A stretch of 63,858 nt of DNA, the filler included, from Octopus bimaculoides (taxonomy: Eukaryota): assembly GCF_001194135.2 (NCBI RefSeq). It is 7 parts of 7 records of this genome, joined end to end, with 100 filler letters (N's around TTAATTAATTAA, not from the genome) between each part and the next. Parts side by side here need not be neighbours in the genome. Positions count along the whole stretch, not along the records: positions 1 to 26,650 come from NC_068985.1; 6 more parts are not named here. One strand, 5' to 3'. Of this stretch, positions 10,731-23,399 are shown in pieces. The position numbers and the translations under genes were made by a program. Position 1 is the stretch's first letter; each line of letters begins with the position of its first letter. Under the pieces are notes generated by a model. It saw only the letters and a program-made list of their open reading frames with translations, had not been told where the DNA came from and did no database searches.

Positions 10731-11730
10731 TAAATAGACAGACGGACAGCAAGACAGGTGGAAGAAGAAGTAGGCTCCTTCCTAGTCTCACGTGGGGAAA
10801 CCAGGGAGTGAAAGTTACAAATGAGACAGACTTGTCAAGATCTGGTTGAGATGAGGCAGGCAGATATGGNNNNNNNNNNNNNNNNNNNNNNNNNNNNNNN
10901 NNNNNNNNNNNNNNNNNNNNNNNNNNNNNNNNNNNNNNNNNNNNNNNNNNNNNNNNNNNNNNNNNNNNNGGCTTTGATAATAGGGTACTAACTGTAATGG
11001 GTAGTGGTGGAGATAAAGGTGGGTTTGATGACAGGGTTTTGTTAGGGGGGAAAAACGTCTAGTTGTAGTGGGGATGATAATAGGGTGCTGTTCAGGGGAG
11101 CAGTGGCTATATACGGGTATGTGTGTATGTGTGTGTGAATGTATAACGATAGAGAGATAGAGCAAGTAGTGGTGGATTGATGACGATGGTGGTGGTAGTG
11201 GTGGGGAAAAGGTTTGATAACAGGTTGCTTTTAGAGGGGATGGTATTGGGGGTAGGTTTATACTGGGCTTTTTGGGGGGATTGATGGTAGTGTGTTGCTA
11301 AGGGAGTCTCATTGTTTGCGATGGTGGTGGTGGTGGTGGTCGCCGTCGTCTTCGTTGTGGTGCAAAGGTAGAGCTGAAGGTAAATGCAGATTTTTAATAG
11401 CTTTATTAATTAGATCCTGGCGAAGGGGCCGATGTCCAGCGGGAGGGGAAGGCGGTCGTTCGGAGATGGTGCTGGGATGGAAAACATCTGACAAAAATGT
11501 CAATCACAATATGTGCCACCTTAGATGTAAGGGGACAAGAAAGAATACACACACACACACACACTCTCTCTCTCTCAGAGTCACTTGCATATGTACTTAC
11601 AACATGCACACACAGACTCACTTGCATATGTAGCACATACACTCAATCACTTCCATATGTACTCTATCATATTTTCAAAGTCCAATAGTCCTATCCGTTT
11701 GTCTGACTGCCAGTCTGCCCCACTCCCCCC

Positions 11731-11761
<31 letters not shown>

Positions 11762-11934
11762 GCATGCATTCGCTTGCACATTTGCTCTTACATATACGCA
11801 TTCATATTTCCTCACAGTTACACAGTCTCTGTCTGTCTCTTCTTTTTCTTTCTCCCCGTCTCTTTCTCCCTCATTAACACACACACACACANNNNNNNNN
11901 NCTTTTTCTTTCTCCCCGTCTCTTTCTCCCTCAT

Positions 11935-11973
<39 letters not shown>

Positions 11974-12659
11974 ATGTTAAACGATCGTACGATGCTTTAA
12001 ACGAAAGTTCAGGTGATAAAATATCTTAGATGCACGCAGCACTAGCGTGGTCATTCTAAATGCAAGAAGTAGCAGATAGATCTCCCTCAAATCACATTCT
12101 ATCTTACTAAAAAATAAAGAGTAGGGCACCCCTTATAATATCGTCACACATTGTATGATGCCGGTTCAGCCAGAGAATAGACATTTAGTCACTTCACGCA
12201 AACAAATGATTGTCTCTTGTACACTGTCGACAACGACGGAGGATCTTTCGTTTACTGTTTGAATAAAAGACGAAATGGTCGTTGCTGGAACGCATCTGAT
12301 AATAGATCCAGACGACCATTACTGACAAGGCCTTCCGTGATTGAATCACGTTGATTCAACATGCCGATTTTGCCAAGGGTATCTGTACACACACGTCTGG
12401 AGAATATTCAGCTAATGTGTAGCTGGTACAGATGATTAGACAACTGAATAGTCATCGTGGAAAACAACGGAGAACCATTACTACTTTTAATACAATAAAA
12501 ATAACAAAACCAAAACAAAACACTACTCGTGACTAAGAGACCCGCAAAACCGTGCTCAGTATTGCAGAAAAAGTATGCAATAAAACTATAGGATTAAATA
12601 CCGCAAGGCATCGTCACCGATGCTTTAAAGATTCCGATAATGGTCACTAATTTAGGATC

Positions 12660-13022
12660 CTCTCAGATTTTGGCACAAGGTACAAATTTCGAGAGGTAGG
12701 AAGGTCAATTACATCAACCTCAATATTCAACTGGTACTTATTTGATCGATCCCGAAAGGATGAAAAGCAAAGTCAACCTCAGCGGAATTTGAACTCAGAA
12801 CTTAGACGGACGAAATGTCGTTAAGCATTTTATCCGGCATTTTGCCGGACCGAATATTGAAAGCAGGCCAGCAATTTTGAGGGGAGGGGCAAATCGATTA
12901 CATGGAGCCCAGTATCCACTAGCACTTTATTCGACTCCGAAAGAATAAGAAGCAAAGCCGACCTAGGCGAGATTTGAACCCGGAACGTAAAGGGTCAGAA
13001 GAAATACGGTTAAGCATTTTGT
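12660..13022 (-). mobile_element. Two adjacent SINE family B copies
   Basis: CCCGAAAGGATGAAAAGCAAAGTCAACCTCAGCGGAATTTGAACTCAGAAC is the reverse complement of the B central domain; a second degenerate copy lies at about 12860-13022. Confidence 0.7.
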
Positions 13023-13694
13023 GTCTACCTTCGTAAGTCCCAGGTGGGGTATCGATAGTATTAGCTGTTGTTGTTGTTGTTCTAAACAAAACATCTAATA
13101 TTCATCCACACCACCGCCAGATCTCACACCACCCCGGTGGGTAGTGGTGGCGTTACAACAACAGCAGGGGTGCTTGCTAATAGCCAAAATCTTNNNNNNN
13201 NNNTCTTGTGAGTGCATGCATGTGTGTGTGTGTGTGTGTGTGGAAAGTGGGGTGGTGGGAAAGGAGGAGACAGCTGATTGTATGCGGACGGGATGGCTAA
13301 TTGGAAACATAATATTTGATACGATTGCGTACGTGTATGTGTGTGTGTGTTTGTACATGTGTATCCATACACCAGCTATTTACTACTACTACTACAATTA
13401 ATATCACTTATAATAGGAGTAGTAGTAGTAATAACAACAAATAATAATATATGCGTATACACAGGCAATTATTTGTATTCGATTACCTTATGTAAATGTG
13501 TGTATATGGGTATATACAAATATAAATACACCCGCATTTATCTAATAGCTTATGTAAATATGTGTGTATATATGTGTGTAAACGCACATATACACACGTT
13601 TATCTAATTGCCAGCTGTAAATGTATATCTGAATATAGACACTTATACACACCTACCTGAGACATATACATACATGCGCGTCTATGATACACAC

Positions 13695-13731
<37 letters not shown>

Positions 13732-13857
13732 CATTCTACGCATGTATCTGAGCGAGCCCTTATATAAATGTTTACCATCAGGTGAAAACTCTGTGCCCAC
13801 CCGTTCTACTTAACCGTCTGGTATACAAAGGGACCTGTTGTACACCTTGTCATGCAA

Positions 13858-13861
13858 CAAC

Positions 13862-13922
<61 letters not shown>

Positions 13923-14115
13923 GGGGTGGCGATGGTGGTTGTGGTGGTAGTAATAATGATAGTGATGAAGATAACTGGTATGGAGGTGGTGGTGATGACA
14001 ATGCTGATGATAATATGGTGATGAAGAAAGCGTTGATGATGGTGATGGTGATGATGAGAACAGTGATGTGATGGTGGTAGTGATGATGATGATGATGATG
14101 ATGATGATGACGATG
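13858..14115. repeat. (GAT)n / (GGT)n trinucleotide microsatellite
   Basis: Direct inspection. Confidence 0.95.
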
Positions 14116-14159
14116 ACTGAGATGACCAATCCACACATGCCCATCCATCTACATGCAAC

Positions 14160-14278
14160 CCAGGGTTAGACCATAGGCTTACAAAGAATAAGTCCTGGGG
14201 TCGATTTGCTCGACTGAAGGCGGTGCTCCAGCATGGCCACAGTCAAATGACTGAAACAAGTAAATGAGTAAAAGAGTA
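14160..14278 (+). mobile_element. SINE family A, 3' end
   Basis: AGGCTTACAAAGAATAAGTCCTGGGGTCGATT...GAGTAAAAGAG. Confidence 0.8.
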
Positions 14279-14503
14279 ACACCGGACAATATTCACTCGA
14301 AACGATCCAAGTTCAAATGACACCTAAGCTAAATTTGATAATATTTCAGCCATATTGGTGTCCAGTTTGACACACAAACACATAGATTAACAGTAAAGGT
14401 GGTACAATCGATTACATCGATGACCAGTTGAATTGATTGATATTTATTTTATTTTAACGAATCTAGAAAATGGCGATGGATTTTAAACACAAACCGTTAA
14501 GGA

Positions 14504-14840
14504 AAGCACATGCGTGGCTGTGTGGTAAGAAGCTTGCTTGCCAGCCACATTGCTCCAGGTTCAGTCACACTACGTGGCACCTTGGGCAAGCGACTTCTGC
14601 TATATAGCCTCAGGCCGACCAAACCCTAGTGAGTGAGTCTGGTAGACGGAAACTGAAAGAAGCCTGTCGGATGGATGGATGGATGGATGGACAGATAGGT
14701 AGATAGAAAAACAGGCAAACAGATAGATAGATAGATAGATAGACAAACAGACAGACAGATAGATAGACAAGCAGACAGACAGACGAACAAACAGACTGAC
14801 ATCCAGAGAGATAGACAGATAAATAGACAGATAGATAGAC

Positions 14841-14879
<39 letters not shown>

Positions 14880-15090
14880 CAGACAGTGTGTTTTTGCGCC
14901 TGTGTTTGTCCCCTACCACCGCTTGACAACCGGTGTTGGTATGTTTACGTCCTCATAACGGTAATTCGGCAAAAGAGATCGATAGAATAACTACTGGGGT
15001 TGGGTCATTCGATAAGAAAAAAAAAATCCTTCCAGATGTTGCCTCAGCGATGCCGCAACCGAATGATTGAAACGTGTGAAAGATAAAAAA
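14504..15090 (+). mobile_element. SINE family A with an expanded (GATA/GACA)n interior
   Basis: Head at 14504, about 230-bp tetranucleotide expansion at 14667-14885, tail to about 15090. Confidence 0.85.
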
Positions 15091-15264
15091 GAAACCACAA
15101 AGGTAATTAAACACGGTAAGACATTTTGGAATGTCTTTGAACGGAAGTTTGTTCGACGCGCCGGAGTTGAGATAAATATAACTCGACAACAACAATCAGC
15201 ATGGTTATTTAGGTCAGACGTTCGCTTCACCCTTGGTCCTATCGGATGGTCCGGCAGGCAGGTG

Positions 15265-15589
15265 AAAGGGTGTAGCTTCGTGGTTAGGATATTCGAATCA
15301 CGATCGTAAGGCTGTGAGTTCAATACCCGGCAGTGCGTTGTGTCCTTGAGCAAGACATTTTATTTCACCTTTGCTCCAGTCCATTCAGCTGGCAAAAATG
15401 TGTTGTACCTGTATTTCAAAGGGGCCAGTCCTGTCACATTCTCTATCATGCTGAATCACCCTGGTAACTGCATTAAAGGATGCACGTATTTGTGGAATAC
15501 TCAGCCACTTGCACGTTAATTTGATGTACAGGCTGTTCTGTTGATCAGATCAACTGGAGACCGTAACGTCGTAACCGACGGAGTGCCAG
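15265..15589 (+). mobile_element. SINE family C (tRNA-derived, CORE-like), full length
   Basis: A box TAGCTTCGTGGTTAGG, B box GAGTTCAATACCC, GTGTCCTTGAGCAAGACA core. Confidence 0.8.
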
Positions 15590-15599
15590 CTTTTGGTCC

Positions 15600-15845
15600 G
15601 ATTGGTCAGTTGGTCAGTCGTTTGTTCGGATAATCAATCACTTGGTTGTTCGACTGGCTGCTTGAATGGTCAATTGGTTGGTCAGAAAATCGGTTGGTTG
15701 GTCGCATGGTCAGTCAGTCGGTCGGTCGGATGGCCGGCCGTTTGGTCAATTGCCGGTTCTTCGGTCGGATAAATCGGTCGATTGCCTGGCTGGTTTGTTG
15801 GTTGGTCGCCCGTTTGGTTGGCTGGCTGGTCGGTCGGTCGGTTGC
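15600..15845. repeat. Degenerate (GGTY)n tetranucleotide tract
   Basis: Repeated GGTC/GGTT units. Confidence 0.8.
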
Positions 15846-15917
15846 CACGTACTCTTATCAACAGAGACATCTACGTGGTGCGTGACGTGACGATAGGTTT
15901 CAGTTGGAAGCGAGAAG

Positions 15918-15936
15918 ATGCCGCCAGGGGGCGTTG
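15918..15936 (+). promoter_or_regulatory. Candidate CTCF-binding motif
   Basis: GCCGCCAGGGGGCGT closely matches the CCASYAGRKGGCRS consensus. Confidence 0.35.
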
Positions 15937-16755
15937 GGATGGATGGTATCCAGTCTGAAATATTAGCTTATCAAATATTTTAAAAAAAAACCCAAAAAAA
16001 CCAAAAAAAAAAACCAGAATAAAGTCACCTGTCGCTGGAAAACAATTAAATAGGTGTACACGTCAACAGCAATGATTGGATCCGATTACGAGGTGTAAAG
16101 TGATCGAGAAATCGATAGGAGATCGATTGATTAGCCACCTTAATTTGTCCGATGATTGGAGGGCAGTACGAACCGTGTGAGAGTGTAACTGCGTTGATAT
16201 TTACGTCCGATGACAGGAAAGGCGATAGAGGATGGCGGCGTGGAGGAAGGAGAAGAAGAGGCAGGTAGGGTTGGAGCCGTGATGGAAGAGAAGAGGAGGA
16301 GGAGGCTGTTGTGTGGCGTAATGGCGAAAGATGAACAAAACAAAGAATAAATAAATAAATAAATAAATGAACGAAGGCAGAAAGGTAGATTTCGATTAAT
16401 TCCTATGGGAGAATAAAATGGAAAGAAAATGATTTATACAGAGAATATACGACAGACTGTTATGTGTAGAATAGGGGTGAGAGGGAGAGAGAGAGTGTAA
16501 ATGCGGTGATAATCGCAACAGGCGGATTATTTTCTCTCGTATCTAACTCTCTTATTTATGTACTGACATCAAAGAACGCCGCTGTAATAGCTATCATCAT
16601 CATCAACAACACCATCATTAAAGAGCATCAGCTCTACTGGAGCACGTTAATTTCACAGGCTGGCTGTTCTGTTGATCCGACCAAACTGGTACGCTCGTCG
16701 TCGTAACCGACGGAGAGTCAGAGACAAAGAGCGATAGACAGAAAGGTAGGTAGAT

Positions 16756-16791
<36 letters not shown>

Positions 16792-16797
16792 GAGGGG

Positions 16798-16836
<39 letters not shown>

Positions 16837-17713
16837 CTCTCACTCCTTCCTCTTCCGGTCAACCAGTAAATTCCCCAGGCATTGGTTCAGTCATCAGTTT
16901 TTGACATATGTCAATAACAATATTGAATATTTTATGCCATTTCTCGTCATTAGTCAGGTACGAATCGAGAAGGAGCGAAATAAGTAACACGAACCTCTTA
17001 GCGATGTAGCGGCGTGGGTTCGGTTTACAAAGCTGGCAGGGTGAGTAGGAGATGCAGATCTACTCTGTCTATCATATTCTCTCTCTTTCTGTCTGTCTGT
17101 CTCTCACGCAGACCGAGGGGAAGGTGGGGTTTAGGTAGAAAGAAGAATATCCAGCTGTCATCATATTTTGGGCAGCGTATGTAATGACCATAAAACAAGG
17201 AGAGACCCACCGCTGAACAATCAAGCAACAAGACGCCACGTTACACACACACACACACGAGCGCGCGCACAAACGTGGTCGAGTGATTAAGAAGTTCGCA
17301 TCGTAATGATGAGATGCTAGGTTCGATTTCAACACGCGGCATATCTTGAGTACACAGTAATGGGTCATCTCCGAGCCCGGTGAAGTGAAGGGAATCGAGT
17401 AGATGGAAACTGTATGGAAGTTTACATTGTACCTGTCAGTAATACAAAAAGGGGTAACATAGGCGCAGGTNNNNNNNNNNNNNNNNNNNNNNNNNNNNNN
17501 NNNNNNNNNNNNNNNNNNNNNNNNNNNNNNNNNNNNNNNNNNNNNNNNNNNNNNNNNNNNNNNNNNNNNNNNNNNNNNNNNNNNNNNNNNNNNNNNNNNN
17601 NNNNNNNNNNNNNNNNNNNNNNNNNNNNNNNNNNNNNNNNNNNNNNNNNNNNNNNNNNNNNNNNNNNNNNNNNNNNNNNNATATATATATATATATATAC
17701 ACACACACACGGT

Positions 17714-17776
17714 AATGGATGTATATACATATTTCAAGAGTTATTGCTCTCTCATCAGCATTACATCCAACCCATC
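17714..17776 (-). ncRNA. Hammerhead ribozyme-like motif, minus polarity
   Basis: Minus strand GGATGTA-atg-CTGATGA-GAGAG caataa CTCTT-GAAA-T atgt ATA|TACATCC. Confidence 0.5.
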
Positions 17777-17977
17777 AAGTTTCCACAAACGTATTGCTTA
17801 TACACCCACAAAGTTTAGTGAAACTAAGCTGAGCAAAACGAAATGCCGTCTTTCCGAGCAATTGGTATTTACGTACCAGTTGCCAGGAATGTGATTAATA
17901 TGTAAATTGATCTACCTCATAGCGATACACCGCTAAACTTAATGGGTATATTTAAGCAATGCGTTCGTCGATAGTTG

Positions 17978-18040
17978 ATGGGTTGGAAGTGGCGCTGATG
18001 AAAGAGCAATAACTCTTGAAATATGTATCTACACACCCAT
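17978..18040 (+). ncRNA. Hammerhead ribozyme-like motif, plus polarity
   Basis: CTGATGA(17995-18001)-AAGAG caataa CTCTT-GAAA(18018-21)-T atgt ATC; stem I imperfect (ATGGGT/ACCCAT distal, GTG/CAC proximal). Confidence 0.5.
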
Positions 18041-18938
18041 TACCTATTTTTTCTATCTTCGATCATATTGCTTATATAGACGTATTCGTATACGAAACAA
18101 CGTTACTTTAAGTGTTGGCTCTGAGTTCTTTGGAAAATCTGAAGAGTTAAACTTGAAAATCTACCACTTCTGCATTACTATCAACACAACCACCTTTACG
18201 AAGCCACCACTTCTAAACTGCCTCCAATACCTCTAAAAACACACCAACCCACCTAAGCCTTAGCACTACTAAACTACCACCAACACAGCTATCTCCACCT
18301 GCGCACCACTACTACTTCCCTACTACTACCTGTACCATGACAGTCATACGAAACTACACTACCACCATCATATTTATACACAACACCACTACAACCATTA
18401 CCACAACTATACACAACTACGAGAGCTACAACCAATATATATATACTACATACCCCCTTATATACCCGGGTAGGTAACAACGACGACAACAACACAACTG
18501 TTGTTCTTAGTTGTGTAGGTGCTGATGTTCATTTCGATAACACACCTGGTCAATTAAAGCATCAGGTGATACAAGAGTGGAGGTGGGATTCTCACCCCCA
18601 CCTCACTCTCTGCCGCCACCACCATCACTATCGCTATCTCCTTGGTCGTACCTCACCACGACCACACACCGCTGGAGTATGAATGAAAGAAGTGAGCGGG
18701 GAGCAGGAGGAGGAGGAGGAGAACGAGGGACTTTAACACAAATGTAAGAAGCTTGTTTTCCTCACCTTTTTCACACGCACACACACATATATATACACAC
18801 ACAAAATGGTATATTCACACCCCACACGATATCTTCACATACGCATAGACACATGCACCACACACATACATGAACATATATATATATACACACACACATA
18901 TATATATACACACGAGTATGCATGCACACACACGTGTG

Positions 18939-18982
<44 letters not shown>

Positions 18983-19548
18983 NNNNNNNNNNNNNNNNNN
19001 NNNNNNNNNNNNNNNNNNNNNNNNNNNNNNNNNNNNNNNNNNNNNNNNNNNNNNNNNNNNNNNNNNNNNNNNNNNNNNNNNNNNNNNNNNNNNNNNNNNN
19101 NNNNNNNNNNNNNNNNNNNNNNNNNNNNNNNNNNNNNNNNNNNNNNNNNNNNNNNNNNNNNNNNNNNNNNNNNNNNNNNNNNNNNNNNNNNNNNNNNNNN
19201 NNNNNNNNNNNNNNNNNNNNNNNNNNNNNNNNNNNNNNNNNNNNNNNNNNNNNNNNNNNNNNNNNNNNNNNNNNNNNNNNNNNNNNNNNNNNNNNNNNNN
19301 NNNNNNNNNNNNNNNNNNNNNNNNNNNNNNNNNNNNNNNNNNNNNNNNNNNNNNNNNNNNNNNNNNNNNNATATATATATACATGCGCACATACACCATT
19401 TTCCGCAGAGTTTCTGAGATGAGAACAAAAAATTCATTATATACCCCGCCTCTCAAACCTCCACTTTCGACAACACACTCACACACCTCCCTCCAACCCT
19501 CCCCCTGTCACTACCTACTCATTAACATTCACACAACTCCGCTCGTTA

Positions 19549-19582
<34 letters not shown>

Positions 19583-20064
19583 CGTTAGGATTATTGTCAC
19601 ACCTGGTCACATTGGTTACACACACGCACACCGACGCATTCACACACACATACGTGCGCACACACACCTAACTTATTACAACTCCACGCATTGTCAATCC
19701 ACAAGTCGTGCTAACAACAATCTTCTCTACGTCTACTTAACACACCTGTTTCTAGCGAATACACGTTATACATGTGTGTATGTGTATGTGTGGGTGGGTG
19801 TGTGTATTTTGTGTGTGTGTGTGTGTGTGTATGTATGTAATATATACAAACGTACAGACACATCAAAGCAACACGTAGACACACACACACACCGTATCAT
19901 ATTCATTATCAAAATTCAAAGATAACTTTACCTCTTCAATTAACCATACGAGACAGTCACATGCAAACACGTGCTTGTAGATGTGTCTGTCTATCTGTCT
20001 GTCTGTCTCCCCCTCCCCGTACCCACCCCTCTCTCTCTCCTAACCTTTTTGGGAAAGATATTTT

Positions 20065-20110
20065 TAGGCGCAGGTGTGGCTGTGTGGTTTAAGAAGTTTG
20101 CTTCCTAACC
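20065..20110 (+). mobile_element. SINE family A head, cut by a gap
   Basis: GGCGCAGGTGTGGCTGTGTGGTTTAAGAAGTTTGCTTCC. Confidence 0.75.
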
Positions 20111-20793
20111 NNNNNNNNNNNNNNNNNNNNNNNNNNNNNNNNNNNNNNNNNNNNNNNNNNNNNNNNNNNNNNNNNNNNNNNNNNNNNNNNNNNNNNNNNN
20201 NNNNNNNNNNNNNNNNNNNNNNNNNNNNNNNNNNNNNNNNNNNNNNNNNNNNNNNNNNNNNNNNNNNNNNNNNNNNNNNNNNNNNNNNNNNNNNNNNNNN
20301 NNNNNNNNNNNNNNNNNNNNNNNNNNNNNNNNNNNNNNNNNNNNNNNNNNNNNNNNNNNNNNNNNNNNNNNNNNNNNNNNNNNNNNNNNNNNNNNNNNNN
20401 NNNNNNNNNNNNNNNNNNNNNNNNNNNNNNNNNNNNNNNNNNNNNNNNNNNNNNNNNNNNNNNNNNNNNNNNNNNNNNNNNNNNNNNNNNNNNNNNNNNN
20501 NNNNNNNNNNNNNNNNNNNNNNNNNNNNNNNNNNNNNNNNNNNNNNNNNNNNNNNNNNNNNNNNNNNNNNNNNNNNNNNNNNNNNNNNNNNNNNNNNNNN
20601 NNNNNNNNNNNNNNNNNNNNNNNNNNNNNNNNNNNNNNNNNNNNNNNNNNNNNNNNNNNNNNNNNNNNNNNNNNNNNNNNNNNNNNNNNNNNNNNNNNNN
20701 NNNNNNNNNNNNNNNNNNNNNNNNNNNNNNNNNNNNNNNNNNNNNNNNNNNNNNNNNNNNNNNNNNNNNNNNNNNNNNNNNNNNNNNNNNNNN

Positions 20794-20930
20794 CGTCTAC
20801 CAAATCCACTCACAATGCTTTGGTCGGCTCCAGGCTATATAGTAGAAGACACTTGCCCAAGGTGCCATGCAGTGGGACTGAACCCGGAACCATGTGGTTG
20901 GTAAGCAAGCTACTTACCACACAGCCATTC
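20794..20930 (-). mobile_element. SINE family A, 5' half
   Basis: Reverse complement of head and core. Confidence 0.85.
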
Positions 20931-20936
20931 AACAAT

Positions 20937-21165
20937 TCTTATTTCTTTACTGCCCACAAGGGGCTAAACACAGAGGGGACAAACAAGAACAGACAAAGGG
21001 ATTAAGTCGATTACATCGACCCAAGTGCGCAACTGATACTTAATTTATCGACCCCGAAAGGATGAAAGGCAAAGTCGACCTTGGCGGAATCTGAACTCAG
21101 AACGTAAAGACGGACGAAGTACCGCTAAGCATTTTGCACGGCGTGTTAACAATTCTGCCAAGCTC
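20937..21165 (-). mobile_element. SINE family B, full length
   Basis: tRNA-like head with GAGTTCAGATTCC B box, GCCTTTCATCCTTTCGGGGTCGATAAA central domain, AAAGAAATAAG tail. Confidence 0.85.
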
Positions 21166-21733
21166 TGTCTTCCGGACGAGGTATCTAGTGCTAAATATAC
21201 TTCGACCGTGACTTCAATGCTCCTAGATCACAGTTCTGTCTCGTGGAGATACGAACCAGTAATCCATAGATTGTGTAGTCCGGCACTCTACAAACTTTGC
21301 CACCTGCAACAGTTAGTTACACACGGCAATGGAAGTTATATACAAAAGGAGGAGAAGGACAGAAGGCAAGAGAAAAGGGAGGAGGCAGGATGAGGAGGAG
21401 GAGTAAGAGGTGTAGGGGAGTGTTCAGGTGATTGGGAAGAACATATTCTCTCTATAAACGTGTTAAACTCCTCGGATTAGTGTCAACTCCTTGTTAAGTG
21501 GGGAACTTTCCCTGCAGCTGATAAAATGACCGTCACCAGCACCAGCCCCATCTCCTCCTCCCCCTCCACCACCACCAGCATCACTATTTCTTACTTATAT
21601 ATCCATCCACTCACACACACACACACACAGTCCGTTTTTACTTCCATCGCCATGAGCCAAACAAGGTGCCTCTACGTGGTTGATCGATTTGCTAGAAATA
21701 GCAAGTAAATCTTCCTCAAATCATATGGCATTC

Positions 21734-22088
21734 TCTTATTTGTTTCAGTCATTTGACTGCGGCCATGCTGGAGCACCGCTTTTAGTCGAACGAATGGACC
21801 CCAGGACTTATTCTTTGTAAGCCTAGTACTTATTCTATCGGTGTCTTTTGCCGAACCGCTAAGTTACGGGGACGTAAACACACCAGCATCGGTTGTCAAG
21901 CGATGGTGGGGGAAACAAACACACACATACATATATCGGGCTTCTTTCAGTTTCCGTCTACAAAATCCGCTCTCAAGGCTTTGCTCGGCCCGTGGCTATA
22001 ACAGAATACGTCAGCCCAAGGTGCCACACAGTGGGACTGAACCCGGAACCATGTGGTTGGTAAGTAAGCTACTTGCCACACAACCACT
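21734..22088 (-). mobile_element. SINE family A, full length, low divergence
   Basis: Complete reverse complement of the family A consensus as seen across the window. Confidence 0.9.
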
Positions 22089-22299
22089 TAGTGTCGTCTT
22101 GTAGAGCATAAACGCGAAAAAAGGACGTTCTTTGACGTGTTCCTGCACAGATGAAAAGGGGAGGAGCGGGATGGGTACGGCTGGAATGTCGTTTGACCAC
22201 TGGCCTGCTCAGTCACCGCCCGAGCTGGGGCAAAACAACAAAACTACCATCAGCAACATCACCTCGTCTCTCACTAGATATGCATGTCTATCTGTAAAG

Positions 22300-22800
22300 T
22301 GTATGTGTGTGTGTATGTGCGTGGTAGTGTTTGATGTGTGAGTGTGTGTTGTGTGGTGTATGAATGTGTGTGTATGTGATGTGCGAGTGTGTGTGTATGT
22401 GTGATGTATGTGATGTGCGAGTGTGTGTGTATGTGAGTGTCTGTGTGTGATGTATGAGAATGTCTGAATGTGTGTGTGTGACACCTGATGTGCGAGTGCG
22501 TGTTGTGTGGTGTTTGAATGTGTGTGTGTGATGTATGAGTGTGTGTTGTATGAGTGTGAGGTGTGTGTTGTGTGATGTGTGTGTGAGTATGTTGTGCGAT
22601 GTAGGAGTGTGTGTGTATTGTGTGATGTGTGTATGTGCGCGATGTATGTGGTGTGCGTGTGTGTGTTGTTTGATGTGTATGTATCGTGTGAAGTGTGTAA
22701 ATGTTGTGATGTACGAGTGTGTGTGTTTGTGAATGTATATGGTGTGTGTGTGTGTGTGTGTGTTATGTGATGTATGAGTGTGTGTGTGTGTGAGTTTAAG
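22300..22800. repeat. Degenerate (GT)n / GTGAT satellite tract
   Basis: Direct inspection. Confidence 0.85.
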
Positions 22801-23399
22801 TTTATGATGTGAGTGTTTGCACGTAATGATGAGTCTCAACCACCACCACCACCGACAAATCATGCGTATAAAGGTTATCAGTAGATCTTGCTGCATGCAT
22901 GAGTGGTCAGAGCAGGGGGTGGGGATAATAAAAAAAGAAAAAAAAAGACATTCAACAACCCCGCCATACCGTAACAGTATTCGAACATGGAGATTTAGTT
23001 TCGGGTACGAAGGTCTCGTATTTGTTTTTATTTATTGGGTCTTTGGTCGATCGACTCACCCACTTCCTTTCCTTCACCCACATTATCGTCATCGGTCCCC
23101 ACACCCCGTTTAACAACATCGTGGGGTGTAAAGCGGGTGGATGTAGTGAGGAGGTAGCGTGGAGGATATGGATTACTGGTGTAAGACCATGGTGAAACAT
23201 TCGGGTAGCGCAGAACNNNNNNNNNNNNNNNNNNNNNNNNNNNNNNNNNNNNNNNNNNNNNNNNNNNNNNNNNNNNNNNNNNNNNNNNNNNNNNNNNNNN
23301 NNNNNNTTCCTCTAAAAATGTAATGATTTTTTTTCTTTAATTGACTTGTTTTACTCTTTCTGGTGTGACCCCTTGAAAAAATCCAGGTTTAGGATCTGG

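Larger units (their letters stand above)
17711..18044. mobile_element. 334-bp foldback element with about 110-bp inverted arms, each carrying a hammerhead core
   Basis: 17711-17820 is the imperfect reverse complement of 17931-18044; the spacer contains the hairpin GCAATTGGTA-TTTACG-TACCAGTTGC. Confidence 0.85.

Noticed and set aside
11842-11950. 50-bp exact duplication around a 10-N gap
   Set aside because: Identical copies at contig ends; an unmerged overlap artefact.
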